Origin: Alphaproteobacteria bacterium
Lineage (GTDB): Bacteria > Pseudomonadota > Alphaproteobacteria > G963923945
DNA length: 64,000 bases
Direction of reading: 5' to 3'
Assembly: GCA_965199175.1 (NCBI GenBank)
Contig: OZ240684.1
Span: 1,579,288 to 1,643,287 of the forward strand
The position numbers were made by a program, and so were the translations under genes. Positions 40,025 through 50,872 of this stretch are shown here, piece by piece. Under the pieces are notes generated by a model. The model ran no database searches, was not told the DNA's origin, and was given only the letters and a program-made list of their open reading frames with translations. How positions within the stretch are numbered: position 1 is the first letter of the stretch; every line of letters starts with the position of its first letter.

Positions 40025-41164
40025 TCAGCCAGAACCCACTGCATATGTCCCCGCAAGATTGATCGGCTTTGAACGATCCAGCATCCAGGTCAGCCCCTTT
40101 TCGGGATCAATATCTGAAAAAAGATCAGGATAAAACCAGGACGCAAACGTCTCTAAGGCGTAGGAATTAAGGGGAGAATTATAAAAATGATGCCAAATTC
40201 CGAATGCCTGACCGTTTCTGACGCAAGAAAGAGAGGATACTCCCGTGCGGCTGACTGCTTTTTGCAGGGATTTCCGGGCTGCCTCTCCGGAAACTCCCGG
40301 GCCAAGAGCGATACGGAAATCATCAGAACCAGCTGTTTCAGTCCCCACTGCGGTACCAATATAGATATCAGGCTGTTCTGCAAGAATATGTTCAAGATTG
40401 AGTGGACCAGCAACGCCAGGAACTTTCCCTCTGGCGATATTTGACCCACCAGCAGCCTCGATCAAATCGGCAAGGGATCCTTTGGCCATGGTGAAGCAAC
40501 AGGAGGGCCTCAGACCCACATGAATCTCCAGCAAGACCCTGGGGCGGGGGATTGAAAGACTCTCGATTCGGTCAATAACCCGGGCAACAGCAGCATCATG
40601 GAAGGCGGCACATTCATTTGCAGCCTTTTGCTTGCCGAACAGACGGCCCAGCAGCTTAAGGCTTGGTCCCGTATTACCCAGCGGATCACGCCGAAAATCG
40701 ATAAAAACCACAGGAATTCCAGCCGCTTCAAGTGTTTCCAGGATACGCTGAGAATGGGCTCCTGGACCATGGCCCTCGACTCCAAAAATTGCAACATCCG
40801 GCTTCAGAGATATCGCCATTTCGAGGCTGATACTCTCCCCGGATGTGTGGCCGAAGATTGGAATATGGGCGATTTGCGGATATACAGACCGCCAGCGGTC
40901 AAAACCAGCCTGGTCGTAACGCTCGAAATCACCCAACATTCCGGCAATCCGGCTCAGTGGGTCGTGAAGACCAAGCAGTGATAAGGCGGCGAGAAAGCGG
41001 CCTTCTCCCAACAAAACTTTTTTGACCGGGGTTTCCAGAGAAACCACCCGCCCGGTAATATCCCGAATGACATGAGCACGGGCCGGGAAAACAGGAATAG
41101 CCGAAGCCGCCAGACCAACCAGAACTGCCCGCCTTGAAATCACATGCGCCATCATTCCGGTCAA
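40025..41164 (-). CDS. Periplasmic substrate-binding protein (TroA/FecB-like, class III), Tat signal
   Basis: Twin-arginine motif SRRAVLVGLAASA. Confidence 0.75.
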   Translation of the reverse strand: MTGMMAHVISRRAVLVGLAASAIPVFPARAHVIRDITGRVVSLETPVKKVLLGEGRFLAALSLLGLHDPLSRIAGMLGDFERYDQAGFDRWRSVYPQIAHIPIFGHTSGESISLEMAISLKPDVAIFGVEGHGPGAHSQRILETLEAAGIPVVFIDFRRDPLGNTGPSLKLLGRLFGKQKAANECAAFHDAAVARVIDRIESLSIPRPRVLLEIHVGLRPSCCFTMAKGSLADLIEAAGGSNIARGKVPGVAGPLNLEHILAEQPDIYIGTAVGTETAGSDDFRIALGPGVSGEAARKSLQKAVSRTGVSSLSCVRNGQAFGIWHHFYNSPLNSYALETFASWFYPDLFSDIDPEKGLTWMLDRSKPINLAGTYAVGSG

Positions 41165-41198
41165 ATATCCCGTATGTTATCGAGCCGGGCCGCCTGAT

Positions 41199-43367
41199 CT
41201 AGTAGCTGACCTTCAAATTCATCCAGGCCATTAAAGGTTCCCCGTAAAACGTCCCCCGGGTTGTCGTATTGACCCGGTCAATATATTTCTTATCCAAAAG
41301 GTTGCGTATCGATAAAACTGCTGAAACATGGTCGTTCAATTCGTATCCTGCAGAAAGATTGAAAATCGCATAGCCTGGCGCCTTAACCTTAATGTTATTG
41401 GCGGCGACATTGCTGAATGCGCTCACAGCACGCATACCAGAGCCAAGAAAGAACCCATCAAGCGGCCCTTCAGGGAACGTGTATTTCCCGAATATGTTAA
41501 CGTTATGTGGTGGGCTGGGATCATTCCTGAGATCTGTGTTGACATAGCTATATCCGGCAAACAAATCGATGCTTTCAATCGGTCGGCCCGCTATCTGGGT
41601 TTCAAAGCCCCGGGTGATTGCCTGGCCTGATGCGCGAAATGAACCAACATTGTTCGGGTCTGCCTGTGCCCGATTCTGGTCTTCGAGCCAAAATACCGCA
41701 GCGTGTCCGCGCAAGGCATCATCAAACAAAGAAAGTTTGGTCCCGGCTTCTGCTTGTCGGCCAACCACCGGATCCAACTGTGCACCATTGGCCTGGGTTT
41801 CAGCTTGCGGCTGAAAGATCTCAGAATAACTCACATAGCCGGTCACCTGGGGTGTCACAGCATAGCTTGCACCAGCAAGGGGAATGAAACGCCGTTGTTT
41901 TCTCTTTCCGGTAACCCGACCACGACCAGTGTCTTTACTTTTGCTTTTATAGGATGCGTAACGTCCGCCCAGGGTCAGATTGAAGCCATCAAAAACCTGA
42001 AGCCGGGTATAACCATACCCCCCTATTTCATTATTTGTTGTTTTGGTATTCAACCGAAATCCCGGCCCTACCCCGGGGAACGTCACGCGTGGTTCAATCA
42101 ATGTACGGGGGTTAAAGTTACGAATATTCTGTTGCCCAAGAGCAAAATCGAAATTCTGCCTGAAGCCACTATGGGAATAGCGATAGTCAACACCGACCGC
42201 CATCAGGCTTTCCCGGCCAAAGAAATTAAAAGGAACTGAATAATTGGTATCCAGATAGGATGTGGCTTCTTCATAAAGGCGGGCGAATGTAAACATATTG
42301 AAGGTACCGGTCTGCGGGTTAACCGCCGTCTGGGCAAGAGCACTCTTCAGATCACTATCCCGGTTGTAGGAACGTCCGGCCAGTTTGAGCACGCCACCAT
42401 TCCCGAACTGGTGTTCGGCTTCGATGAATAGTTCATTGCTCTTGATATCGCGCCTGTTCCATGGAGCACCGATATAGGTATTGCGGGAAAAAGCAACCAG
42501 CGATCCATCGGTAAATGTCGGCAAACCACTCATAGAGGTTGTGTCCTGCTGTTCTAAAATACCTCCAAAGGAAAACGTCGTACTTTCAGTCACATCAAAT
42601 TCCATTGTCATGTAGCCACCACCGCGCTTTTGCTCAGCAAATTTCATAAAAGATTCACGGCTCAGGCCATAGCTGATAAAGCGCGCACGTACCCGTTCGT
42701 CATGCGCCGAACCGGACATATCAACATCACCACGATAAAAATCATAATTCCCGGCCGTTCCACTGACCGAGATGGTGTTCCGGCCATCTGGCCGTTTCCG
42801 GACCAGATTGATGGTACCAACAGGTTCGCCAGACCCCTGAAAAACTCCTGACGGTCCGGACAAAAACTCAATACGATCAAAAAAAGCCAGATCAGGGGCT
42901 GTGCCGTAAAGACTGAGAAAGGGCCGTGGTGCCCCATCAACATTATACGTAAAAACCTCATGCCCCCGCGAATAGAGAGACCCATCAAAACCATTGCCGG
43001 TTGCGGTTGTTACATTGGGAATAAGATAACCGGCTTCCTCAAGAGAGGTCGCATTGGCATCCTCAAGCTGCTGACGTGTGATCACGGTGACCGTCTGGGG
43101 CACAGTATCAATATCGACCGGCTGTTTGTAACCAACAGTCGCGCGTTTGGTCGTGTAGGACCCTGTCCCTTCGGTCACCACCCCCTGCACACCTTCAACG
43201 ACAACCGGCGGCAAAACGATCGGCTGGCCCGATTGTCTATCTTCCCGGGCCAGAACTGCCGTCGAAAAAACGAGAAAAATAGCGCAAAACCCGGATATAA
43301 CCGAGGATATGATTAGACTCATTTTATAGTGACTGGCATCATGATTAACTGACTCAAAAAACATCAC
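41199..43367 (-). CDS. TonB-dependent outer-membrane receptor
   Basis: 722 aa. Plug domain with TonB box-like PIVLPPVVVEG, 22-strand barrel, and C-terminal aromatic (LKVSY). Confidence 0.85.
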   Translation of the reverse strand: MMFFESVNHDASHYKMSLIISSVISGFCAIFLVFSTAVLAREDRQSGQPIVLPPVVVEGVQGVVTEGTGSYTTKRATVGYKQPVDIDTVPQTVTVITRQQLEDANATSLEEAGYLIPNVTTATGNGFDGSLYSRGHEVFTYNVDGAPRPFLSLYGTAPDLAFFDRIEFLSGPSGVFQGSGEPVGTINLVRKRPDGRNTISVSGTAGNYDFYRGDVDMSGSAHDERVRARFISYGLSRESFMKFAEQKRGGGYMTMEFDVTESTTFSFGGILEQQDTTSMSGLPTFTDGSLVAFSRNTYIGAPWNRRDIKSNELFIEAEHQFGNGGVLKLAGRSYNRDSDLKSALAQTAVNPQTGTFNMFTFARLYEEATSYLDTNYSVPFNFFGRESLMAVGVDYRYSHSGFRQNFDFALGQQNIRNFNPRTLIEPRVTFPGVGPGFRLNTKTTNNEIGGYGYTRLQVFDGFNLTLGGRYASYKSKSKDTGRGRVTGKRKQRRFIPLAGASYAVTPQVTGYVSYSEIFQPQAETQANGAQLDPVVGRQAEAGTKLSLFDDALRGHAAVFWLEDQNRAQADPNNVGSFRASGQAITRGFETQIAGRPIESIDLFAGYSYVNTDLRNDPSPPHNVNIFGKYTFPEGPLDGFFLGSGMRAVSAFSNVAANNIKVKAPGYAIFNLSAGYELNDHVSAVLSIRNLLDKKYIDRVNTTTRGTFYGEPLMAWMNLKVSY

Positions 43368-43433
43368 CGACTCCCTCTATGCAACACTTCGGTTGAATTG
43401 GTTTGTTCTTATATTTGTTGTTATCCTTGATAT

Positions 43434-43454
43434 TGCATATGATTATCATTTGCA
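43434..43454. promoter_or_regulatory. Fur-box-like palindrome upstream of the TonB-dependent receptor
   Basis: tgcatATGATTATCATttgca: AATGATAATCAT core matching the GATAATGATAATCATTATC consensus at 13 of 16 positions, about 70-85 bp upstream of the receptor start. Confidence 0.45.
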
Positions 43455-43868
43455 TTTACTTTGTCAAGTCGCCGGGTTTGGGGTCACCAAAAATTGAGTT
43501 TTGTCAAAGATGAATTGTGTCAGAAGTAATCAATAAACTGATCGGAAAAGCTGCCAGAAGCGGTTTGGGAAACACCGCCCAATCACTCTTCTGACCTGAT
43601 AAACTGACCGGCCAGACAAATGGGAAGAAATGATGAAAGCGGCAGCCAGGGCGTTGTCTCGTTGCCTCCTTGAGGAGGCCGCCATTGGCCGCATTAAGCG
43701 GCAGAAACGCGCAATCTTACCGATACGCCGACCTCTTTTGCCGCCATATTCTAACCGCATTGTGACATATCCTGACAATTCTTGTCCTGGCAATGCCTTG
43801 TTTTGGTAATATTTTTATTCTGAGGACGTCTTTATTATTTTGATAACGTTTTTATTCTGATCGCGTCT

Positions 43869-45131
43869 TTATTCTGATGACGTCTCAGCATGTGCTAATT
43901 CGGTTTCAATGGCAATCCCGGCCTCCAGGCTACGATGAACCGGGCATCGACCAGCAATCTCAAGCAATTTCTGGCGCATGGCTTCATCCAGATCACCGGT
44001 CAGAGTAATCCGGCGTCTGATCTGATCCAGCCGTTCAGTCCCGGAAGCTGAATCGGCATGCCCCCCATGGATCTTCTGGTGATGCAAAGTGACATCCACA
44101 TCCTCCAGAGGCCATCCCTTACGCCGGGCATAAAGGCGCATAGTCATGGCCGTGCACGCCCCCAGACCAGCAAGCAAAAAATCATACGGAGCCGGGCCGG
44201 AATCCAAACCACCAGAAATTGATGATGGCTCGTCAGCCCGTAACAAATGCGTGTTAATGGCAATATCATGCGCAAAGGGACCATCGGGACTCGACCGCAC
44301 AGCAACTTCTCCTTCTAAAGCAACTGGCAAGACTCTCTTCTCATCAACCACCCGGCTGGCCCAGGCAGAGATAACCGATGCAGCAAATTCCGCATCTTTA
44401 GGCCGGGTCAAAAGATGATCCGCCTGATCCAGGGAAACAAAGGATTTAGGATGTCTGGCTGCCGCGAAGATCTGTCCGGCATTCTCAATACCAACGATTG
44501 TATCAAGGGGAGCATGCATAATCAAAACATCGGCTTTCAGTCTGGAAACCGCCTTTGTCCCTGACCGTGCCTGTAAATCACGCACAAAATCCGCCCCGAC
44601 GGTGAATGGGCGTCCACCAATCGAGACCTCAGCCCGGCCCGCAGCTAAAATATCCTCTTCCCGTCCCCCCAACAAATGCAGGACATGGGCCGGATCAGCC
44701 GGCGCACCGATGGTTGCCACCCCACCCACCGAATCAATATCACCAGCAACCGCTAAAACAGCCGCACCCCCCAAAGAGTGACCCACCAGAAGGTCCGGAG
44801 GCATTTCCTGATCAGCCATCCAGACAGCCGCCGCCTTAATGTCATCGAGATTACTGGCAAAGCTGGTCTCAGCAAAGGCTCCTCCTGACCCTCCAAGACC
44901 GGCAAAGTCAAACCGCAAAACAGCCAGACCACGCATAGCCAGACCCTGGGATACCCGGACCGCCGCCAATGTCTCTTTAGAACATGTGAAACAATGAGCA
45001 AATAACGCCGCCCCCCGACGCGCGCCAGCCGGAAGATGCAGCTTGCCAGCCAGCTGCACCCCGTTCTGATTCTTAAAAACAATATCCCGTATGAGTGCCA
45101 TCAGAACATCCTCACGAAAAACCCTATGCAA
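43869..45131 (-). CDS. Bifunctional alpha/beta hydrolase - OsmC/Ohr family fusion protein
   Basis: N-terminal GHSLGG nucleophile elbow, C-terminal OsmC-like domain (GGLDSGPAPYDFLLAGLGACTAMT). Probable true start MALIRDIVF at 45101. Confidence 0.65.
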   Translation of the reverse strand: MHRVFREDVLMALIRDIVFKNQNGVQLAGKLHLPAGARRGAALFAHCFTCSKETLAAVRVSQGLAMRGLAVLRFDFAGLGGSGGAFAETSFASNLDDIKAAAVWMADQEMPPDLLVGHSLGGAAVLAVAGDIDSVGGVATIGAPADPAHVLHLLGGREEDILAAGRAEVSIGGRPFTVGADFVRDLQARSGTKAVSRLKADVLIMHAPLDTIVGIENAGQIFAAARHPKSFVSLDQADHLLTRPKDAEFAASVISAWASRVVDEKRVLPVALEGEVAVRSSPDGPFAHDIAINTHLLRADEPSSISGGLDSGPAPYDFLLAGLGACTAMTMRLYARRKGWPLEDVDVTLHHQKIHGGHADSASGTERLDQIRRRITLTGDLDEAMRQKLLEIAGRCPVHRSLEAGIAIETELAHAETSSE

Positions 45132-45197
45132 AAAATCTGTAGAGAGTGTTAAAAACCAAAATACCCTTTGAGATCAGTCCCCGGATGTCACCCAGAA

Positions 45198-46055
45198 TCA
45201 CATTTGTGTATTCGCATCTGCATGCCAGATTCTTAAAAGATCAAGGTCAATATACCCACGTCCCTGCGCATCACCGGATAATATTGTAAAGGGAAGACCT
45301 GGTTCCCCAAGATCACTGACCACCGCTACCGCACCGGAGAAATCCTCCCCTTCAAAATATTTTGAAACCGAGACCACCGCCGCAACGCCTGCCGCCAGGC
45401 TTGAGCGTAATCCTTGCGGGGAATCCTCAATCGCCAAACAGGCCTGGGGCGGCAACATCATCTCTTTCAAGACCCATTGATAAATATCAGGGGCAGGCTT
45501 ACGTGCCGATACCAGGTCGCCATGCCCCACCACTTCAAACCAATCGAACACATCCATGCCTAAGCCATTTTCAAACACCTGCCGCAAGCTGCGTTCTGAT
45601 GCAGCCGAGCAAATCGCCAGACGTATGCCCGCATCACGGCATTCATTCAAAATACGCCAAACCCCAGGACGCACCCAAACGCCGCTCTCAGCCAACATCT
45701 CCGCATAAGCGCGGCTCTTGGCGTTATACATCGCATCAACATAGCTGTAGAAATCGGGACGCTGACATGCCTCCGGGGCACTCCGCTCAATATAATGGCG
45801 GATCCGCTCCCGCCCACCGCCAACCGACAAAATTTCACGATAAATTGCCCGGTCCCAATGCCAGGAAACACCGAATTCACGAAATGCAGCATTAAAGGCT
45901 TCACGATGGATATCCTCACTTTCCGCAAGCGTCCCATCCACGTCAAATAACAGTGCTTTCAACCCCATAACAACAATCCCTCCCCTCTTTGCATCAGTAT
46001 CCAATAAACCGACTTTTCTGTGATGGTTTTTGGTCATTGTAGGGAATAATACCAC
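45198..46055 (-). CDS. HAD-superfamily hydrolase (subfamily IA, CbbY/phosphatase-like)
   Basis: LLFDVDGTL motif I. Confidence 0.7.
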   Translation of the reverse strand: MVLFPTMTKNHHRKVGLLDTDAKRGGIVVMGLKALLFDVDGTLAESEDIHREAFNAAFREFGVSWHWDRAIYREILSVGGGRERIRHYIERSAPEACQRPDFYSYVDAMYNAKSRAYAEMLAESGVWVRPGVWRILNECRDAGIRLAICSAASERSLRQVFENGLGMDVFDWFEVVGHGDLVSARKPAPDIYQWVLKEMMLPPQACLAIEDSPQGLRSSLAAGVAAVVSVSKYFEGEDFSGAVAVVSDLGEPGLPFTILSGDAQGRGYIDLDLLRIWHADANTQM

Positions 46056-46207
46056 CCTTTCTCAAGTATCCGGCCCGGTGAGAGGATTGATTAAAATCAA
46101 CACAGCCTGCGCCATAGCCCTCAGGCCTGGCTTGGCGCCGCCGGTCGCGCAGATATCAAACGGCTCTTTATAAATGATCAATATGATAAATGATCAATAT
46201 GGTCGCT

Positions 46208-47707
46208 TCAGGGAACCAGACGATGCACGGTTTTGGTGGTTGAATAGCCAGGCTGTAGTTCAGCCAGGAAAATTTTCCCTCCATAGGATTGCACAATGTC
46301 GGCCCCCACCACCTGGGCAAGGGTATAATCTTTGCCTTTAATCAGGACATCAGGACGCAGAGCCTCAATCAGAGTAAGAGGGGTGTCTTCGTCAAAAGTA
46401 ACCACGGCATCAACCATTGATAAAGCCGCCAAAACATTGGCCCGGGCCGATTCCGACTGGATAGGGCGAGTCTTCCCTTTAAGACGCCGCACCGAATGAT
46501 CTGTATTCAAACCGACAATGAGATGATCACAGACTGCCCGGGCCTGGTGCAGGAGAGACACATGTCCTGGATGCAGTAAATCAAAACAACCATTGGTAAA
46601 ACCAATGCGCATACCGTTGTGCCGCCATTCTTTTACCTGTGTGAGAAGATCATCAAGGCTGAAGAGTTTTTCCTGATCATATTTATTTTCATTCCCCTTA
46701 TCTGGTCGGCCTCCAGATTGCATGCGCGCAATCTCGGCTTCTATTTCCCGGGTCGTCACAACCGCTGTTCCGGCCTTGGCGACAACCATCCCGGCCACCA
46801 TATTGGCCAGAGACACACCCTCTTCCAGATCAAATCCAGCCACCAAACCGGCAGCAACAACAGCAATCACGGTGTCGCCTGCTCCCGATACATCGAAAAT
46901 CTCACGGGCCGAACTGCGTAGATGGACCGGCATCCTGTCATCGGCCCGGACCAATGTTGCCCCTTGTTCACCACGGGTTGCCAAAACCGCCCGAAAATCG
47001 AAATCATCAATCAGACGCCGGGCCGCCGCCACCACCGATTGGTCATCTTCGACTGGCAAACCGCTGGCAGCAGCCAGTTCATCCCGGTTGGGTTTAATGA
47101 TATCGGCCCCGGCATATATGGCATAATCAACCCCACGAGGATCAACAATAACCGGCAAACCATGTTCCCGGCTTTTGGCAATTAAAACAGCCAGAATGTC
47201 GGGTGAAAGAAGGCCCTTTCCATAGTCGGAAATAATCAAACCCCCACAATCGGGCATCAGGGAAACCGCTTTCTCAAGCAATATGTGAGCATCACTGCGT
47301 CCGATGGGAAGATCACTTTCCTGATCCACCCGCAACATTTGCTGTTTATTGCAGACATAGCGAATCTTCAAAGTCCCTGGTCGCTTTTTCCGGGTAACAA
47401 TATGGGGCGTTAAATGGTTTTCGCGGGCTAACAGAGTGGCAATCTCGGTACTGATATCATCATCACCAATCACACAGAGAAAATCGGTCATCACACCAAG
47501 GGCCGATAAATTGCGGGCGACATTACCGGCACCACCCAACATCGACGTCTCATCAGTGACCCGCAGAACCGGGATCGGAGCCTCCCGCGAAACCCTCTCG
47601 ACAACACCGGTCACGAAACGATCCAGCATGACATCGCCGATACAGAGCAAACGTCCTTTGCTCAAAGATGAAATATCAATTTTCTGATTTTCTTTGGCCG
47701 CATTCAT
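46208..47707 (-). CDS. hldE: Bifunctional D-beta-D-heptose 7-phosphate kinase / heptose 1-phosphate adenylyltransferase
   Basis: N-terminal ribokinase-like domain and C-terminal cytidylyltransferase GCFDLLHPGH. Confidence 0.9.
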   Translation of the reverse strand: MNAAKENQKIDISSLSKGRLLCIGDVMLDRFVTGVVERVSREAPIPVLRVTDETSMLGGAGNVARNLSALGVMTDFLCVIGDDDISTEIATLLARENHLTPHIVTRKKRPGTLKIRYVCNKQQMLRVDQESDLPIGRSDAHILLEKAVSLMPDCGGLIISDYGKGLLSPDILAVLIAKSREHGLPVIVDPRGVDYAIYAGADIIKPNRDELAAASGLPVEDDQSVVAAARRLIDDFDFRAVLATRGEQGATLVRADDRMPVHLRSSAREIFDVSGAGDTVIAVVAAGLVAGFDLEEGVSLANMVAGMVVAKAGTAVVTTREIEAEIARMQSGGRPDKGNENKYDQEKLFSLDDLLTQVKEWRHNGMRIGFTNGCFDLLHPGHVSLLHQARAVCDHLIVGLNTDHSVRRLKGKTRPIQSESARANVLAALSMVDAVVTFDEDTPLTLIEALRPDVLIKGKDYTLAQVVGADIVQSYGGKIFLAELQPGYSTTKTVHRLVP

Positions 47708-47912
47708 ACCAAAAACTCTCCCATAAAACCCCGGAGGGCCGGTTCTGCCCGCATATTCCGGCTCTCTATACTATCGGTTGAGCGGTGACTCCACTGCCTG
47801 TTGCTCTTCATGCGTATCAGGATCATACGAGAGGCGTGAAATAATCTGTATTCAGAGGCTGTCAAATTGAGGGCATCCCCGGTTTCACCTTGCAATCAGT
47901 ACAAAACCCTGC

Positions 47913-48761
47913 TCAGCCGGTTTGCAGAAAACTATAGATGTTTTCCTGCAAAATAAGACATGTCAACCGTCCGGTGGCATACGCCCCGGTATCAATGCCA
48001 ATGCGGTTGGTGCGGATTTGTGGCTCCGGAAAGATGGAATGGCCATGCACAACAATTTTACCAAAAGGCTGGTTCCAGGAAAGGAATTCATCGCGAATCC
48101 ACAGCAAATCTTCCTCCAGCTGGTCAGCCAGTGGTCGGCGCGGCGACACCCCCGCATGGGTAAAATAGTAATCCCCCTCCTGGTGAAAGAGTTTCAGGCC
48201 AGCCAAAAAAGCCGAATGAGAAGCCGGAATAACCGCCCGTAACGCCGCCTGGATACGATGAAAATCCCGATCACCCGGAAAATCCCGATCACCTGCTGCA
48301 TGATCTTCCAACTCAACCCCGTAACTACGTATCGTTTCTGCGCCGCCATCATTCAGCCAGTTGCGGCCCACCTGGTAAGTGTCGAGAAATTTCATCAACA
48401 AATTCTCGTGATTGCCTTTGAGATGCACAGCCTCAAAACCAGCCAGAGGATGATCAATCAGGGCAGCAATCGTCTCCCTGGACATGGGGCCACGATCAAC
48501 ATAATCACCCAGATAAATCACCACTTTCGTAAGGTTACCCGACGTAGCATCGGCCCGGGCCGCATCCTTCAGGATACGGGCATGAATATCAGCCAGAAGA
48601 TCATAACGACCATGAATATCGCCAATCACATAAATTCGGCGCCCCGGCGGGATACAGGCCATCGCGCCATCCTGATCATTGATCAGAACTGACCGGTCAA
48701 TCCCCTCATGATACGGCGTGGCCATCTTTGCTCTCAAAGATTCTCTGGTCTGCTTTCTCAA
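47913..48761 (-). CDS. Metallophosphoesterase (Ser/Thr phosphatase / ApaH-like)
   Basis: GDIHGRYDLL, GDYVDRG and GNHE motifs. Confidence 0.7.
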   Translation of the reverse strand: MRKQTRESLRAKMATPYHEGIDRSVLINDQDGAMACIPPGRRIYVIGDIHGRYDLLADIHARILKDAARADATSGNLTKVVIYLGDYVDRGPMSRETIAALIDHPLAGFEAVHLKGNHENLLMKFLDTYQVGRNWLNDGGAETIRSYGVELEDHAAGDRDFPGDRDFHRIQAALRAVIPASHSAFLAGLKLFHQEGDYYFTHAGVSPRRPLADQLEEDLLWIRDEFLSWNQPFGKIVVHGHSIFPEPQIRTNRIGIDTGAYATGRLTCLILQENIYSFLQTG

Positions 48762-49018
48762 CCAACCCGATCAATCATTCCTGCTTCATCAGTGACCTGA
48801 TGTATCATTGATCCTGAAGAGTCTCAATCCGGGGCTGCTTAAAAGAGCCGCAATCAACACGTAGTCCCCCTATCTGTGCCTGGGTAATCCGCACCTGGAT
48901 GCAGCCTTCAGCATACCAAAACGACTATCAGAAAATGTCCTGATCACAAAAGGATCACATCACATCGGAATCATATCAAAACGACAGCCGGTCAATGCGG
49001 CGTCAGAAGGAAAAGACA

Positions 49019-49531
49019 TCATGGTCGCCACGGACCGGTTGTAAAACCGTGAGGTTGCCTGTCTTTGTCAGCCTGCCAGTAGGTGAACTCAACCATGATC
49101 TCCCCACCCTGAGGACCAAGAGAAAAAGCAGCACTGCTGAAAGAAGGCGGACCAAGAAATGGCCGGGCGCCCTGGCTGAAGCCGAATCCCTCTAAAGGCC
49201 AGCCGAGCAATCCCTGGTCAAACGCCCCGTTGGAATTTTCATCATGATACATGGCTAAGGCATATTCACCGGGTGGCAAATCGCCAAAAATCACGGCCTG
49301 GGATGCTGAAAGAGCCGCCGGAACGACCTGATCACGCACTGTAGCTTTTGGCTTAGGGAACGCATCCGGGTGATTATAAAGACCCAGATGCACCGTTCCT
49401 TCTGTATTGCGCAACCCGGTGATATGAACCCGCAAATCCCCGGCGATACCCTCAGCCGACCAGAACACAGCCCCCCAGAATACCCCACAGATCCAGGCCA
49501 CTCTCCATAAAAAAGATATTCTGAAAATCAT
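49019..49531 (-). CDS. DUF2141-like periplasmic protein
   Basis: Signal peptide, 170 aa, conserved-hypothetical pattern. Confidence 0.4.
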   Translation of the reverse strand: MIFRISFLWRVAWICGVFWGAVFWSAEGIAGDLRVHITGLRNTEGTVHLGLYNHPDAFPKPKATVRDQVVPAALSASQAVIFGDLPPGEYALAMYHDENSNGAFDQGLLGWPLEGFGFSQGARPFLGPPSFSSAAFSLGPQGGEIMVEFTYWQADKDRQPHGFTTGPWRP

Positions 49532-49615
49532 CTGTCCTGAAAATCATCTGTCCTGAAAATCATCTGTCCTGAAAATCATCTGTCCTGAAAATCACCCGTC
49601 CCGAAAATCACCCGT
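49521..49615. repeat. Tandem direct repeat ctgaaaatcatctgtc x4, plus 2 degenerate (cacccgtc) copies
   Basis: Immediately upstream of the DUF2141 start. Confidence 0.8.
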
Positions 49616-49831
49616 CTGCTCACAATGATTCACCAAAAAATAATCTGCCTTCAAAACACCCCTTTTTGAGAAGGGTCCACATCCTCAGGCCAGAGTCACG
49701 CAAGCACCGCAATCACTGAATAATGAATAAGTAAGAATAATGAATAATAAACAGACACATGACCACAGAAATCAACAGCACCCATCAATGGCAGCCTGTT
49801 GATTTTACTTTTTCTCTCTTTCCCTTTTTCT

Positions 49832-50872
49832 TTATGTCTCTTCGGCCTCTGATACCCCGGCTTCAGAGAATGTGTGCATTCCATTATGGCAGGCTGCTGC
49901 TGAGCGTAACAAAAAAACCGCTGTTGCGGCTCCGCTGCCTTCTCCCAGGCGCATATTGAGATCAAGAAGGGGTGTTTTTTCCAGCCGGGTCAATAATCGC
50001 CGATGCCCGGGTTCCTGAGAAACATGACCAATCTGGCAATGATCAAGAAATGTCGGGTCCAAAGCATGGAGAACAGCCGCCGCCGCACAGACCACAAAAC
50101 CATCCAGCAAAACCGGAACACCTGACTGGCGGGCTCCCACCACAGCCCCGGCTATAGCCGCCAGTTCATGGCCACCCAAAAGGCGCAACACCTCCAATGG
50201 ATCCCCAAGCTTCCCGGCATGTTGCTGCAATCCGGCGGCCACAACCGCAATCTTACGGGCCACCCCTGAGGAATCAAGACCAGTCCCCGGACCAACCCAT
50301 TCTTCGGGTGACCCACCGTAAAGAGCACAGCATAATGCGGCAGCGGCACTGGTGTTGCCAATCCCCATCTCGCCCAGACACAGCAGATCAAACCCGCCAT
50401 CTATTGTCCCGCGACCATATGCCAACGCCTCAGCGCATTCCCGGGAAGTCAGAGCCGGGCCAGAGGTAAAATCACCGCTGGGGCGTCCCGAAGCCATTTC
50501 ATGGACACGCAATTCAGCATCCAGCAATGTTGCCAACTGGTTAATCGCCGCTCCGCCATTGCGAAAATTGGCAATCATCTGCCGGGTCACTTCAGGCGGA
50601 TAAAGAGATACATTATGGGCCGCAACACCATGATTGCCGGCATAAATATTGATGAGAACCCGGTCTGCCCGGGGCTGGTCATTTCCTTGCCAACACGCCA
50701 TCCAGGCGCATAAATCCTCCAACCGCCCAAGCGACCCTAAAGGCTTGGTGAGTTGATCCTGCCGTGCCCGGACGGCAGCAGCAGCAGCAGCATTGCCAGT
50801 CACTATATCATTGAGAAAACCGCGAAACTGAGAAATACTCTCTGGCATATCAATCAACATATCTTCTGTCAT
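49832..50872 (-). CDS. cobT: Nicotinate-nucleotide--dimethylbenzimidazole phosphoribosyltransferase
   Basis: GEMGIGNTSAAAAL and GNHGVAAH motifs. Confidence 0.9.
   Translation of the reverse strand: MTEDMLIDMPESISQFRGFLNDIVTGNAAAAAAVRARQDQLTKPLGSLGRLEDLCAWMACWQGNDQPRADRVLINIYAGNHGVAAHNVSLYPPEVTRQMIANFRNGGAAINQLATLLDAELRVHEMASGRPSGDFTSGPALTSRECAEALAYGRGTIDGGFDLLCLGEMGIGNTSAAAALCCALYGGSPEEWVGPGTGLDSSGVARKIAVVAAGLQQHAGKLGDPLEVLRLLGGHELAAIAGAVVGARQSGVPVLLDGFVVCAAAAVLHALDPTFLDHCQIGHVSQEPGHRRLLTRLEKTPLLDLNMRLGEGSGAATAVFLLRSAAACHNGMHTFSEAGVSEAEET

Noticed and set aside
43368-43868. Cobalamin riboswitch upstream of the TonB-dependent receptor
   Set aside because: Manually scanned both strands for the B12 box (GCCACTG) and the GGGAA...GGTG core and did not find them. 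A Fur-like box is present instead. Still worth a covariance-model scan.
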